Below, piece by piece: positions 31,601 to 43,600 of a DNA stretch of 64,000 nucleotides. A program made the translations under genes and the position numbers. Source of the DNA: Parachlamydiales bacterium (GTDB lineage Bacteria > Chlamydiota > Chlamydiia > Chlamydiales > SM23-39); NCBI GenBank assembly GCA_041661445.1, contig JBAZUK010000003.1:129885-193884 (forward strand), read 5' to 3'. Positions within the stretch are counted from its first letter, which is position 1. Every line of letters begins with the position of its first letter. Under the pieces are notes generated by a model. That model had not been told where the DNA came from and ran no database searches. It worked only from the letters and a program-made list of their open reading frames with translations.

Positions 31601-34600
31601 TTCCGTTTAAATCAATTCCGATAGCGCCTGAGGTGCTGATGCTGCCGTTAAATAAGGTAGTTCCGCTTCCTGCGCTTTGAGTCAATGATGAAGCGCTAAT
31701 ACCTTGAGTTGTCAAATTCTGTACTGTCGAAACGGTTAAAGAACCAAGAGCTGTTGCATTCTGGGAAAGTAAAATATTCCCTGTTCCTGAAGATAAACTA
31801 AGATTGCCCGGACCGTTAAGCGTACCGGCAAAAGTGATCGGCTGATTTGCAGCTGATGTATTTAAAGATCCTGTTCCTGAAACAGCAAAAGGTCCGTTAA
31901 ACTGCATCGCTCCGCCGGCTGTTATAGCGCTGGAAAGTAAAGTTCCTCCCGATCCGTTTTGTGTTAATGCTCCGGCAACCGAACCTGTTGCTCCCGCTGC
32001 GAAAGTAAGCAGTCCGGTATTTGTAACGCTCAAAGGTCCTGCTGCTGCGGTAGTGAAAGCAGCATTGAACGTAAAAGCAGTTCCTGTCAAGGAAATGCCT
32101 GCTGCCTCTGAAGTATTTAAAGCGCCATTGAAAGTAGTTGATCCCGATCCGGCTGATTGTGCAATAGATGCTGCTGTAATCGCTTGAGTAGAAACAATTC
32201 CCCCCTGAGTGATTGAAAAAGATTTAAGTGCGGTTCCTAAGCCTGCATCTCCGTTTAAAGTAATATTTCCTGATCCGCTATTTAATGTAAGGTTAAATGT
32301 ACCGTCAATAGTCTGACTTAAATTAATATTTCCGGCTCCGGCAGCTGTGTTTAATGAAGTATTTCCCGTTAGTGTTATCGGTCTTGCAAATGAAATATTA
32401 TTGCTTGAGGCAGAGATTGATGATGCTATGTGGACAGGTCCGGTCCCATTTTGAGTAAAAGCGCCTGCAGAATTTATGTTGGCGCCAATAGTTAATATTC
32501 CCGGAGTATTATTTGTAAATGTAACCGGACCAGAATTTGCTGTAGTTATAGAACCGTTTTGAGTAATAGTACCGCCGGTGATTGATATTCCCAATGCCCC
32601 TGTTGTATTAATAGGACCGGTGATTATAGTTGTTCCACTGCTTCCAAGTTGCCCGATAGAAGATGCCTTTACAAGAAGAGGATAGGTGATGTCCTGGACG
32701 CTGTTTACGGTAATAGCCCCAATAGGAACGGTAGCACCTAGGCTTGGTCCAAAAATGATATTTCCGGTTCCTGCTGTCAAAATTAAATTTTGATTACCAT
32801 TTACAGTACTAGATAAAGTGATAGTTCCAGCGCCGGTATCAGTAGAAAGAGTAGTAGATCCTGTCAGGGTAATAGCATTTGCAAAAGAGATATTTTGATT
32901 CACAGTCGCAACTTTGCCTGAAAGAGAGACTGCTCCCCCTCCGCTTTGCGAAAAAGCTCCGGCAATTGATGTGCTGCTTCCTAATATTAAAGATAAAGGT
33001 CCACTGTTAACTATGGAAAATGGTCCTGATCCCGTTGTTATCAGTGTGCTATTTATATTAAAATTAGTACCGGTAAAACTTATCCCGGAAACTCCGGTCG
33101 TTGTCATATTTCCGCTAATTGCAGTAGTCCCAGTTCCGGCGCTTTGAGTAATTGAAGCGGCAGAGATTGCTCCTGCAGTAATATTGCGCGCATTTGTAAA
33201 GTTTAAAGCTCCGATAGGAGTAGATCCGATGGCTCCGCTAAATGTAATATTTCCAGTTCCGGAATTTAAGGTTAAAGCATGAGGTGTTACTATGTTGTCA
33301 TTTGTCAAAGTAGAGCTAAACAAGATATTTTGATTATTTGAAGAAGTATTTAAATTACTTGCCCCTGTAAGAGTAACTCCGCTTAAAAATGAAATTAATC
33401 CTCCCGATGTAAAAGCGCCGGAAAGATTTACGAGACCGGCTCCTGTTTGTGTTAAGGCCCCTGAAATTGAATAGGTGGAATTTGAAAAAGAAAGTAGCGC
33501 TGAATTATTAATTGTTAAAGGCCCGGCTGCTGCTGTAGTAACATTATTATTAAAAGCAAATGCGGATCCGGTAAGATTGATTCCATTAACTATGCTGGCA
33601 TTTAACGCGCCATTAAAAGTAGTCGTTCCGCTTCCGGCTACCTGAGTAATAGAAGTAGCCGAGATTGCATCTGCTGCAACATCTCTTGCACTTGTAATTC
33701 TTAGAGCTCCTATACGAGTAGTATTTCCCACAGTCCCGCTAAATGTAATATCTCTGCTTCCTGAAGCAAGAGTTAAGTTTTGCCCTCCGGCGGTGGTGCC
33801 TTGAATTGTGCTTCCAAAAGCAATATCGCCTGAAGCTGAACCATTTGAATTGATTGACAAATTACTATTTAAGGTAATCGGATCCGCAAATTGAATTAAA
33901 GCATCCTGTGTAGATAAGCTTCCGCCTATATTGACGTTTCCGCCTCCGCTTTGATCAAAAGCGCCGGATATACTCAAACTTGAACCAGCTGCAATAACAA
34001 GAGCGCCTGTATTAACAAGAGTTAAAGGGCCGCCGTTTTGTATAACAATAGATCCGCTTAAATTAATATTAGCAGTTTGAATGGATATACCGTTTACATC
34101 TGTTGTTGTAATACCTGAATTAATGGATGTAGTTCCAACTCCGTTCGTTACAGTTAGATATCCGATATTTACAGAACTTGCCATTGTTAAATCTGTTGCA
34201 GAATCAACAGTAATAAAATCAAACGGAGCAGTAGAACCTACAGGCCCATTAAACTCGATAGATCCTCCACATGGATTAAAATCAAAACTTAAAGAATTCA
34301 CGCCACCGTTAAGGGCATCAACCGTGCTATTAAAAATAACCATTCCAGGGCCAGGGCATGAAAAATCAACTGCACCATTAATAAAGACTGGGACATTATA
34401 TGTCATAATACTTGAAGGCTGATGTCCTGAAAGGATACTAGAATCTGGTGCGTTTTGTTGTAGAGAGACGGCAAAAACATTTGTATTCAGAACTGGTGTT
34501 GGATTAAACGTATTAGCTGTAAGATCAACATTGTTTAAATCCTGTCCCGAGGATCCGATCTGGTTAAAATTATAGATTCCCATGCCTGCATTGACTGTAA

Positions 34601-37600
34601 AATTAAATCCTGGCCCTGAAAGATTTCCCATCGTGATTGTTCCGCCATTACTGATTAAAGTAAGGTCGGAATTACTCAGATTAATCGTTGCTGGTGTAAT
34701 CGTTCCTGTTGTAAAAGTAATCGGTAAAGCATTTGAAGTAACGCTCGCAGGAGACAATGATGTAAAATCAAAAATACCGCCAGCTGTATAATTCTGAGTT
34801 CCATTATTATAAACAGTCCCTGTAAAGGTAATGTCTGTTGTTGCTGTTAATGAAGTTGTTCCAGTTGCTCCAAAAGAACTGGATCCTAAGCCTGCCCATG
34901 TAATATTAGTGGCATTTAAAGTAACATTATTATAAGAAATCATTGCTCCGATTGGTGAGTCAAGAATTATATTACCTGAACCTGCATCCATAGTAAGATC
35001 ATGACCAGCCACAGTTCCATTAAAAGTTCCTGTGATCTGAATATTTCCAGCAGTTCCAACTCCGGTAGAAAGTACGGTGGAAGTGCTGCATATTATATTG
35101 CTATTTAAAGTAATGTTTGTAGCGCTAGTTGTAATGTCTCCACCTAAATGAACAGTAGTTGCTGTTTCATCTACACTTCCGGTTGCGGTAACGGCAGCAT
35201 TCTGAAATACATTATTTGCAGATGTAACCTTTAAACATCCAAGAGGAGTAATTCCTCCTACAGTTGAAGAAAATGTTACATCTCCTGCTCCAGCTATCAA
35301 CTCAATACATTCAGGTCCATCAACTGTATTAAAAAATGTTATATTCCCTCCATTGCTTGTATAAGTAGAAGCAAGCAAAGCATTCACAGCTCCCGAATAC
35401 GAAATATCTCCACCGCTTGTGGTAAGAGTTCCTCCAACGTCATTTGAACCTGTTCCATTTTGTGTAAAACCGCCATCTAAAGTTATTGTTGTAGCCACAT
35501 TCCAAGTTGCAGAACCGCTATTGGTTATTATTAAAGGACCAGCGTTTGTGGTATTTATTGTTAATCCAAATAAATTAAAATTATTACCAATAAATGTTAT
35601 ACCCGCTAAAGAATTGGTATCTAAATTGTCATTTATATCTGTAGTGCCTGCAGCATTTTGCAAAATAATTGATGAAGCGGTTATTGCGGAAACAACAACA
35701 TTATTGGCAGATGTTATAGTAAAAGCACTGATACGATTTGTTGATCCAATAGGGCCCGATAATATTACGTTTCCGGCTCCGGCAGTTAAGGTTAAATCAA
35801 AATTACCATCAACAGCAGATAATAAGATCAAATCGCCTCCGTCTGAGTTGAGAACGATATCATTTGTAAGTGTAATAGGTGAGTCAATTGAAAGATTTCC
35901 TATTGATGAAATATCAGATCCTAAAGAAACACTTCCTGCTCCTGATTGAATAAAGGTTGTGTAAGAAGAAATAGGAGAGCTTGAAGCTACTGTCAAAGTA
36001 CCGGCATTTGTGATTGTAATATTGCCGGAAAATACAGCATCATTAAAATTAATATCCGATCCATTTAATTCAATTGAAGCCGCATTTAAAGTTCCATTAA
36101 AACTAGTGGTCCCGGATATTGGAGTTATATTTCCTGTTACGAAAGCCACAGAAACAGCTACATTAGAATTTAAAGTAACTCCCGCTGCACTTTGTATTGC
36201 CACGTTAGTTAAAGGAATCAAATCGCCAATGCTATTCTGAAAATCAACATTTCCGTTGCCGGCAGTTACAATAAGATTTTCAGCACCATCAACTGCTCCA
36301 TTTAATGTAATATCTCCTAGACCAGATCCTGAATTAAGTGCTGCAGCTGCAATCAGGGTTATATCAGATAAAAAACTTATATTATCATTTGAAGTAGTAA
36401 TTGAGCCGCCAAAAGAAACTGGTCCGGCTCCGTTTTGCGTGAATCCTCCGTCAACGGTAAGAACCGAGCCACCTGAAATAGTTAAAGTTCCGGAGTTAGT
36501 AATGCTCATCACGCCGTTATTATTAGTTGTCACATTATTGAAAGTAAAATTGTTTCCAGTAAGCGTAATTCCACCTGAAGTAGTTATTAAACCATTAAAG
36601 GTTGCCTGTCCTGTTAATGCAGTTCCATTTGATATCGAACCTATTGTCAGACTGGACGATGCAGTTATATTATTTAGACTTTGAATAAAAAGTATAACAG
36701 GCTTTGTTCCTCCTACAATACCGCTAAAAGTAACATTGCCTGCATTTGCATCAAGAGTGAGAGTCTCAGTTCCCGCAAGTCCATTTACTGTATTGCTAAA
36801 TACAATATTTCCAGATCCTACCGTAGTATCTAGATGTGCGTTGGCACCTACAATGACAGGTCCTGTAAACGATATGCCCTGATTTGCCGTTAGAGGTCCG
36901 CCGATCACAATCGGTCCTGTTCCATTCTGAATGAATGAACCGTCAATTGTTATAGGAGTTGCTCCTGCTCCCGAGACTAATCCTGAATTAGTGACTGTAA
37001 ATGATCCGCCATTGGTAGTTGTTATTGCAATCGCTCCCACATCTACAGTAAAATTATTCCCGGTTAATGTAATTCCTACCGGGGTATCAGTATCAATACT
37101 TCCATTAAGGGTAGATGTTCCTGTTCCATTTGTCTGGGTTATTGATCCTGCCGTAACTGCTTGAATAGTTGCATCTTTAACGCTTGTAATCGTAAAGGCT
37201 CCAAGTCGTGATGCTATATCTCCAAAACTTCCTAAAATGCTGATATCTCCGCTTCCGGCTATTAATGTAATCGGCTGATTGCCTTTTACTGTACTTGCAG
37301 CTGAGAATGAAATTGTTCCACCTCCAATGCTTGAATCGATAACGACTGGCGCTGTAAGAGTAATTGGGCTTGTTCCTGAAAAATTAATAGCTGCGCTTAG
37401 AGCTGAAGCATTTGTAGTTGTAATTGCGCATCCAAGTAAAACGCTTCCTGAACCGTCCTGAGTAAAAATTCCATTAGAAGTTATTGACTTGCCCGCTGTG
37501 GTTGTCAGCACTCCGCTATTAGTGATGGAGACAGGTCCGCCTCCGGTAGTTATCATATTCTGCAGAATAGTAAAGGTCGTTCCGTTTAAATCAATTCCGA

Positions 37601-40600
37601 TAGCGCCTGAGGTGCTGATGCTGCCGTTAAATAAGGTTGTTCCGCTTCCGGCGCTTTGAGTCAATGATGAAGCAGTAACTGCCTGAGCTGTAAAATTTTT
37701 AGCTGTTGAAATCGTTAATGTTCCAAGCGAAATTAAACTGCCGGCATTTTGAGAAAATAAAATATCTCCTGTTCCGGATGATAATGTGAGATTATCGGTT
37801 AGGGCAATAGTTCCGTTTAGCGTATTTAAGAAACTAATATTCGCATTGGCTGCGCTGGTATTTAATAAACCTGTTCCTAAAACGGCAAAAGGTCCGTTAA
37901 ACTGCATCGCCCCGCCGGCTGTTATAGCGCTGGAAAGTAAAGTTCCTCCCGATCCGTTCTGTGTTAATGCTCCGGCAACCGAACCTGTTGCTCCCGCTGC
38001 GAAAGTAAGCAGTCCGGTATTTGTAACGCTCAAAGGTCCTGCTGCTGCGGTAGTGAAAGCAGCATTGAAAGTAAAAGCAGTCCCTGTCAAGGAAATGCCT
38101 GCTGCACCTGAAGTATTTAAAGCGCCATTGAAAGTAGTTGATACCGATCCGGCTGATTGTGCAATAGATGCTGCCGTAATCGCTTGAGTAGAAACAGTGG
38201 CTGCATGGGTTATTGAAAAAGAATTAAGCGCAGTTCCTAAGCCGGTGCCGGCATCTGCACTTAAAGTAATATTTCCTGTCCCGCTATCTAATGAAAGATT
38301 AAATGTACCGTCAATAGTTTGACTTAAATTAATATTTCCGGCTCCGGTTCCTGTGTTTAATGAAGTATTTCCCGTTAAAGTTATCGGGCCTGAAAATGAA
38401 ATGTTTGCATTTGTAGTGTTAATATTTCCTGCTAAAGAAACTGCACCTAATCCATTTTGAGTAAATGCTCCTGTTAAATTAATATCTCCTGCAGCAGTAC
38501 TTGTAAGGGTACCGGCATTTGAAATGGTGACAGATAAAGGACCGGCTCCAGTTGTGGTAATTGCAGCTTTTCTAACAACGGAATTTGTATTAATTGAAAT
38601 TCCCGCAACTCCTGAAGTTATAAGCGCGCCATTGAATGTGGTTGTTCCTGAACTTGATGTTTGTGTAATAGAAGCTGCTTTAATACCTTGGGTTGTTAGA
38701 TCGCCTGAACTGCTTACGTTTAAAGCACCTATTGGAGTTATCGATCCGACTGCTCCACTAAGCAAAATACTGCCTCCGCTTGATAACAAGCTCAAACCAT
38801 ATCCGCCATCAATTGTATTACTGAAAATCATGCTTCCGCCACCCACACTCAAATCAATAACTGAAGGAGAAAAAACTATAACTCGGCTTCCTACAGAAAG
38901 ATTACCATGTACAATAGTAGTACCCGAAACATAGAAAAGGCCTGTTCCCGATTGACTAAAGTCCCCATCACAGGTAATTATAATACCTGTTGCTCCGGTT
39001 ATGTTTCCTGTATTGATTATAGTAATATCTCCAAGAGCGGTTGTCGTAATATTTCCACTTGAATAAAAATTATTACCGGAAATATCAATTCCTCCTGAAC
39101 CAACATCAATCGTTCCATTTACTGTAACATCTCCGCTTCCCGTGGTAAGTATTGCTGAATTGGAAACAAGAGATTGCAAGCTAACGTTCTGAGCTGAAGT
39201 AATCTTAAAGGCTGCAATCGGGAAATTAAAACCAATATTTCCGGAAATGAGAATGTTGCTGGCGCCTGATTTTAAGGTTAGATCAAATGGACCGCCACTA
39301 CTGTAGTTATCAATTGTGCTCATAAAATTAATTTCATGAGAAGTCGAGGATGTGTCGATAGATGCATTACCGATCAAAGAGACTGCGGTTGTAAATGAGA
39401 TTTGATCATCTGAGCTTATAGAATTCCCAATCTTTGAAACTCCTAAACCTATCTGTGAAAAAGGACCGCTTAAAACGCAGGTTGCTAAACTCTCCATTGT
39501 CAGAAGCCCGTTATTATTAATCAGCAAAGATCCATTGTCTGCCGTATTAACTGTATTATTAAAGGTAAAAGCATTCCCGGTAAGATTGATTCCTGCACTG
39601 GCTGAAGTAATAATAGGACCATTAAAAGTAGTCGTTCCAGTTCCCGCAGTTTGAATTATAGAAGATGCTGTAATATCATTTGCCGTTAAATTATTCGCCG
39701 TTAAAACTTTTAATAAAACTAATGGTGAAGTTCCGCCTGCAGCTCCGACAAAAGAAATACTTCCGGAGCCTGATGCCAAGGTCAAATCAAAAGTGCCGTC
39801 GACAGTGCTGCCAAATGTAATATCAGCATTATTGGAATTAATCGAACTCGAGCCGGTTAAACTAACCGGATCAGAAAAAATAAGAGGATTAGCGCCTGTT
39901 ACAGTAATGTTGTTTGCGATTTCAATAAGGCTTGCGCTTACAAAAAAAAGATTTGTTAAAGGAGCAGTTCCTCCGATAATGTCAGCAAATGTAACGATGC
40001 CGGTTCCTGCAGTAAAAGTTAAAGAATTTGCGCCATTTAAAGTGCTGTTAAATAAAATATTGGCATCATTAGAAGTTATATTGCTTGTACCTGTTAAACT
40101 TACAGGACTTGGAAAAATTAGCGAATTGTCAACTGTAACAGTTATATTGCTTCCTATCTTAATAAGACTTGCGCTTGCAAAAGATAGTTTTGTTAAAGGA
40201 ACGCTCCCCCCGACAGCTCCAGAAAGTGATATAATCCCGACTGTTCCAGCTCCCAAAGTTAAAGAATTTGCGCCATTTATAGTACTTGCGCTTGTTGCGA
40301 AATTAATATCAGCTCCGGTTGAAACTGCTCCTGAATTTGTAGCATCAAAATTTAATGCTCCGGTTATCGCAACCGGTCCCGTCATTGTAATTATGCCACC
40401 GCTTGTAGTTATGCTGCCGTTTATATTGATGGCAGTTGACCCTGTATAGCTTAATGCACCTGTAGTTTTTGCGCTCGAAGATTGGGTAATATTAGCTGCT
40501 GTGGCTGTTAAACTTGTTAAAGGAGTTGTTCCTCCAATGGCCCCGCTTAATGAAATTGTTCCTCCGGTTCCTGCATTCAAGGTCAATGACGTATTGCCGT

Positions 40601-43600
40601 TAATCGTAGATGCTAATGTTGCAAAATTAATATTTGCTCCTGCAGGCGTTGTTCCTCCATTAGTGCTATCAAAAACAGGCGCTCCAGTAATCAAAACCGG
40701 TCCTGTCATTGTGATGCTTCCGCCGTTTGTTGTGATATTGCCATTCACATTAATAGCGCTTGATCCAGAATAACTCAAAGCTCCTGTTGTTTTTGCGCTT
40801 GAAGTTTGAGTAACGGTTGCTGCAGTAGTAGATAGGCTTGTTAAAGGAGAAATTGCGCCGATAGATCCGGTAAATGTTATTATCCCAGAACCTGCTGAAA
40901 TAGTCAGGGCATTTGCCTCATTAAGGGTACTACTAAAGCTGACATCAGCATTATTGGAATTAATTATACTCGTCCCAATCATGTTCACAGGACTTGGGAA
41001 AGCTAACGGATTGGCTCCTGTAATAGTTATATTGCTTCCTATCTGGATAAGATTTGCACTTGCAAAAGATAGGTTTGTTAAAGGAACGCTCCCCCCGACA
41101 GCTCCAGAAAGTGATATAATCCCACCCGTTCCGGCCTTCAAAGTTAAAGAAGTCGCTCCATTTATGGTACTTGCGCCAGATACAAAATTAATATTAGCTC
41201 CGGCTGGAACAGGTGATGGTCCTGAATTTGTAGTATCAAAAATGCAAGCTGCGCTTAATACAACCGGTCCTGTCATTGTAATTATACCGCCGCTTGTTGT
41301 AATAGAGTTATTTATAGTAATTATAGTTGATCCGGTATAACTTAATGAACCTGTTGTCTTAACGGTTGAAAATTGTATAATATTTTTAGCTGTTGCAGAC
41401 AAACTTGTCAAAGCAGTAGTGCCTATAGCCCCGGTAAATAAAACAGTTCCTGATCCTGCCGTTAAGGTCAGCGAATGTGCACCATTTAAAGTGCTGTTAA
41501 AAGAAATATCGGCACCATTAGAAGTTATATTGCTTGTGCCTGTTAAACTTACAGGACTTGGAAAAGTTAGCGGATTGTCAGCTGTAACAGTTATATTGCT
41601 TCCTATATTAATAAGACTTGCGCTTGTAAAAGATAGTTTTGTCAATGGAGTGCTTCCGCCAATTGAACCTCCAAATGATATAACGCCACCTGTTCCAGCT
41701 CGCAAAGTTAAAGAATTTGCGCCATTAATAGTACTTGCGCTTGTTGCGAAATCAATATTAGCTCCGGTTGGAACTGCTCCTGAATTTGTAGTATCAAAAA
41801 TTGATGTACCGGTTATCGCAACCGGTCCCGTCATCGTAATAACGCTGCCGCTTGTAGTTATGCTGCCGTTTATATTGATGGCAGTTGTTCCTGTATAGGT
41901 TAATGCACCTGTAGTTTTTGCACTCGAAGATTGGGTAATAGTGGCTGCTGTTACTGTTAAACTTGTTAAAGGAGTAGTTCCACCTACAGCACCGCTAAGC
42001 GAAACGATTCCTGCAGATCCCGCATTCAGGGTAAGAACCACAGCTCCATTAAGAGTGCTTGAGAAACCGATATTTGCCCCAGCAGGCGCAACTCCTGCAT
42101 TAGTGCTGTCAAAAGTAGGAGAGCCGGTTATCGCCACCGGTCCTGTCATGGTAATGCTTCCGCCGTTTGTTGTGATATTGCCGTTTACATTAATTGCTGT
42201 TGAACCTGTGTAACTAAGCGTTCCGGTTGTTGCTACGGTTGAAGATTGGTTGATAGTTGCTGCCGTTACAGATAAATTTTTCAATTGGCTCGACGAAGCA
42301 GCTAATGTCGTTGTTCCGCTTCCTCCATTAACAGTCAGACTTCGATTGGAATTACCATCAAGCGTACTATTAAAAGTCACATCAGCATTATTGGAATTTA
42401 TTGTGTTTGAGGGGATTGATACTAATGTAGGAAATGGAAAGACAAGAGGATTAGCTCCCGTTACAGTAATATTACCGACAAGAATATTACTCGTGCTGGT
42501 AAAGATCAGATTAGTTAAGGGAGTAATCCCTCCTATATTATCGGGCAAGTTTATAGGCCCTATCCCTGCTATAAAAGTTAAGGATGTCGCTCCATCAAGA
42601 GAACCGTCCAAATCAATCTGAGAATTAGCTGTTGTAAAAATGGTAGGATTTGATATTACAGTCGCACCTGTTAGCCAAATGAAGCCGTTCATACCGGTAG
42701 TAGTAATATCTCCATTTATATTAATGGCTGATGGCGCTGTATAACTTATAGCGCCTACTGTTCTTGCGGTTGACGATTGCGTTATACTTGCAGCCGTTGC
42801 AGATAAACTTGTTAAAGCATTAGTTCCACCAACAGCTCCTCCGAACGATATAGCTCCTCCTGTACCTGCTCTTAAAATAAGCGGGACAGCTCCATTAAGT
42901 GTGCTTGAAAAACTGATATTAGCTCCGGCGGGAGTTGCTCCTCCATTTGTACTATCAAAAGTAGGAGTTCCGCTTATCGTAACCGGACCTGTCATTGTGA
43001 TGCTTCCACCACTTGTGGTAATGTTGCCGTTCACATTTAATGCCGTAGCACCTGTGTAACTAACCGCTCCGGTTGTTTTTACAGTAGATGATTGGGTGAT
43101 AGTTGCTGCTGTTGCAGACAAACTTGTCAAAGCAGTAGATCCACCAACAGCTCCCGTAAATGTTGTAGTTCCCGATCCTCCTGTAATAATCAACGATTGA
43201 GCACCATCAATAGTACTACTAAAGGACACATTACCATTACCGGAATTGATCGTGCTTGGTCCTGTTATGCTTACTGGCTTTGAAAAAATAAGAGGGTTAG
43301 CTCCTGTTACTTTAATATTGGCTCCAATATTAATACGAGCCGCATCAGTAAATATAAGATTAGTTAAAGTAGTACTTGCTCCAACATTTCCGCCAAACGA
43401 TACATTTCCTCCGGTACCCGCATTAAAAGTAAGTGTTGTTGCTCCATCAAGAGTGTCTGATAAAATAATATCGGCTCCGGCCGGATGTGACCCAGCAGTG
43501 GTATTAATGGTAATACTAGGGTATAACAAAACTGGACCAATTGATACGGTACCACCACTTGTTGTGATATTATGTATCTTACTAAGTAAACTTCCATAGG

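Noticed and set aside
30757-43450. Regularly spaced repeats that could superficially suggest a CRISPR or other non-coding array.
   Set aside because: The repeat units are hundreds of nucleotides long, in frame and coding, with no short conserved repeat/unique spacer alternation. No cas genes are present.
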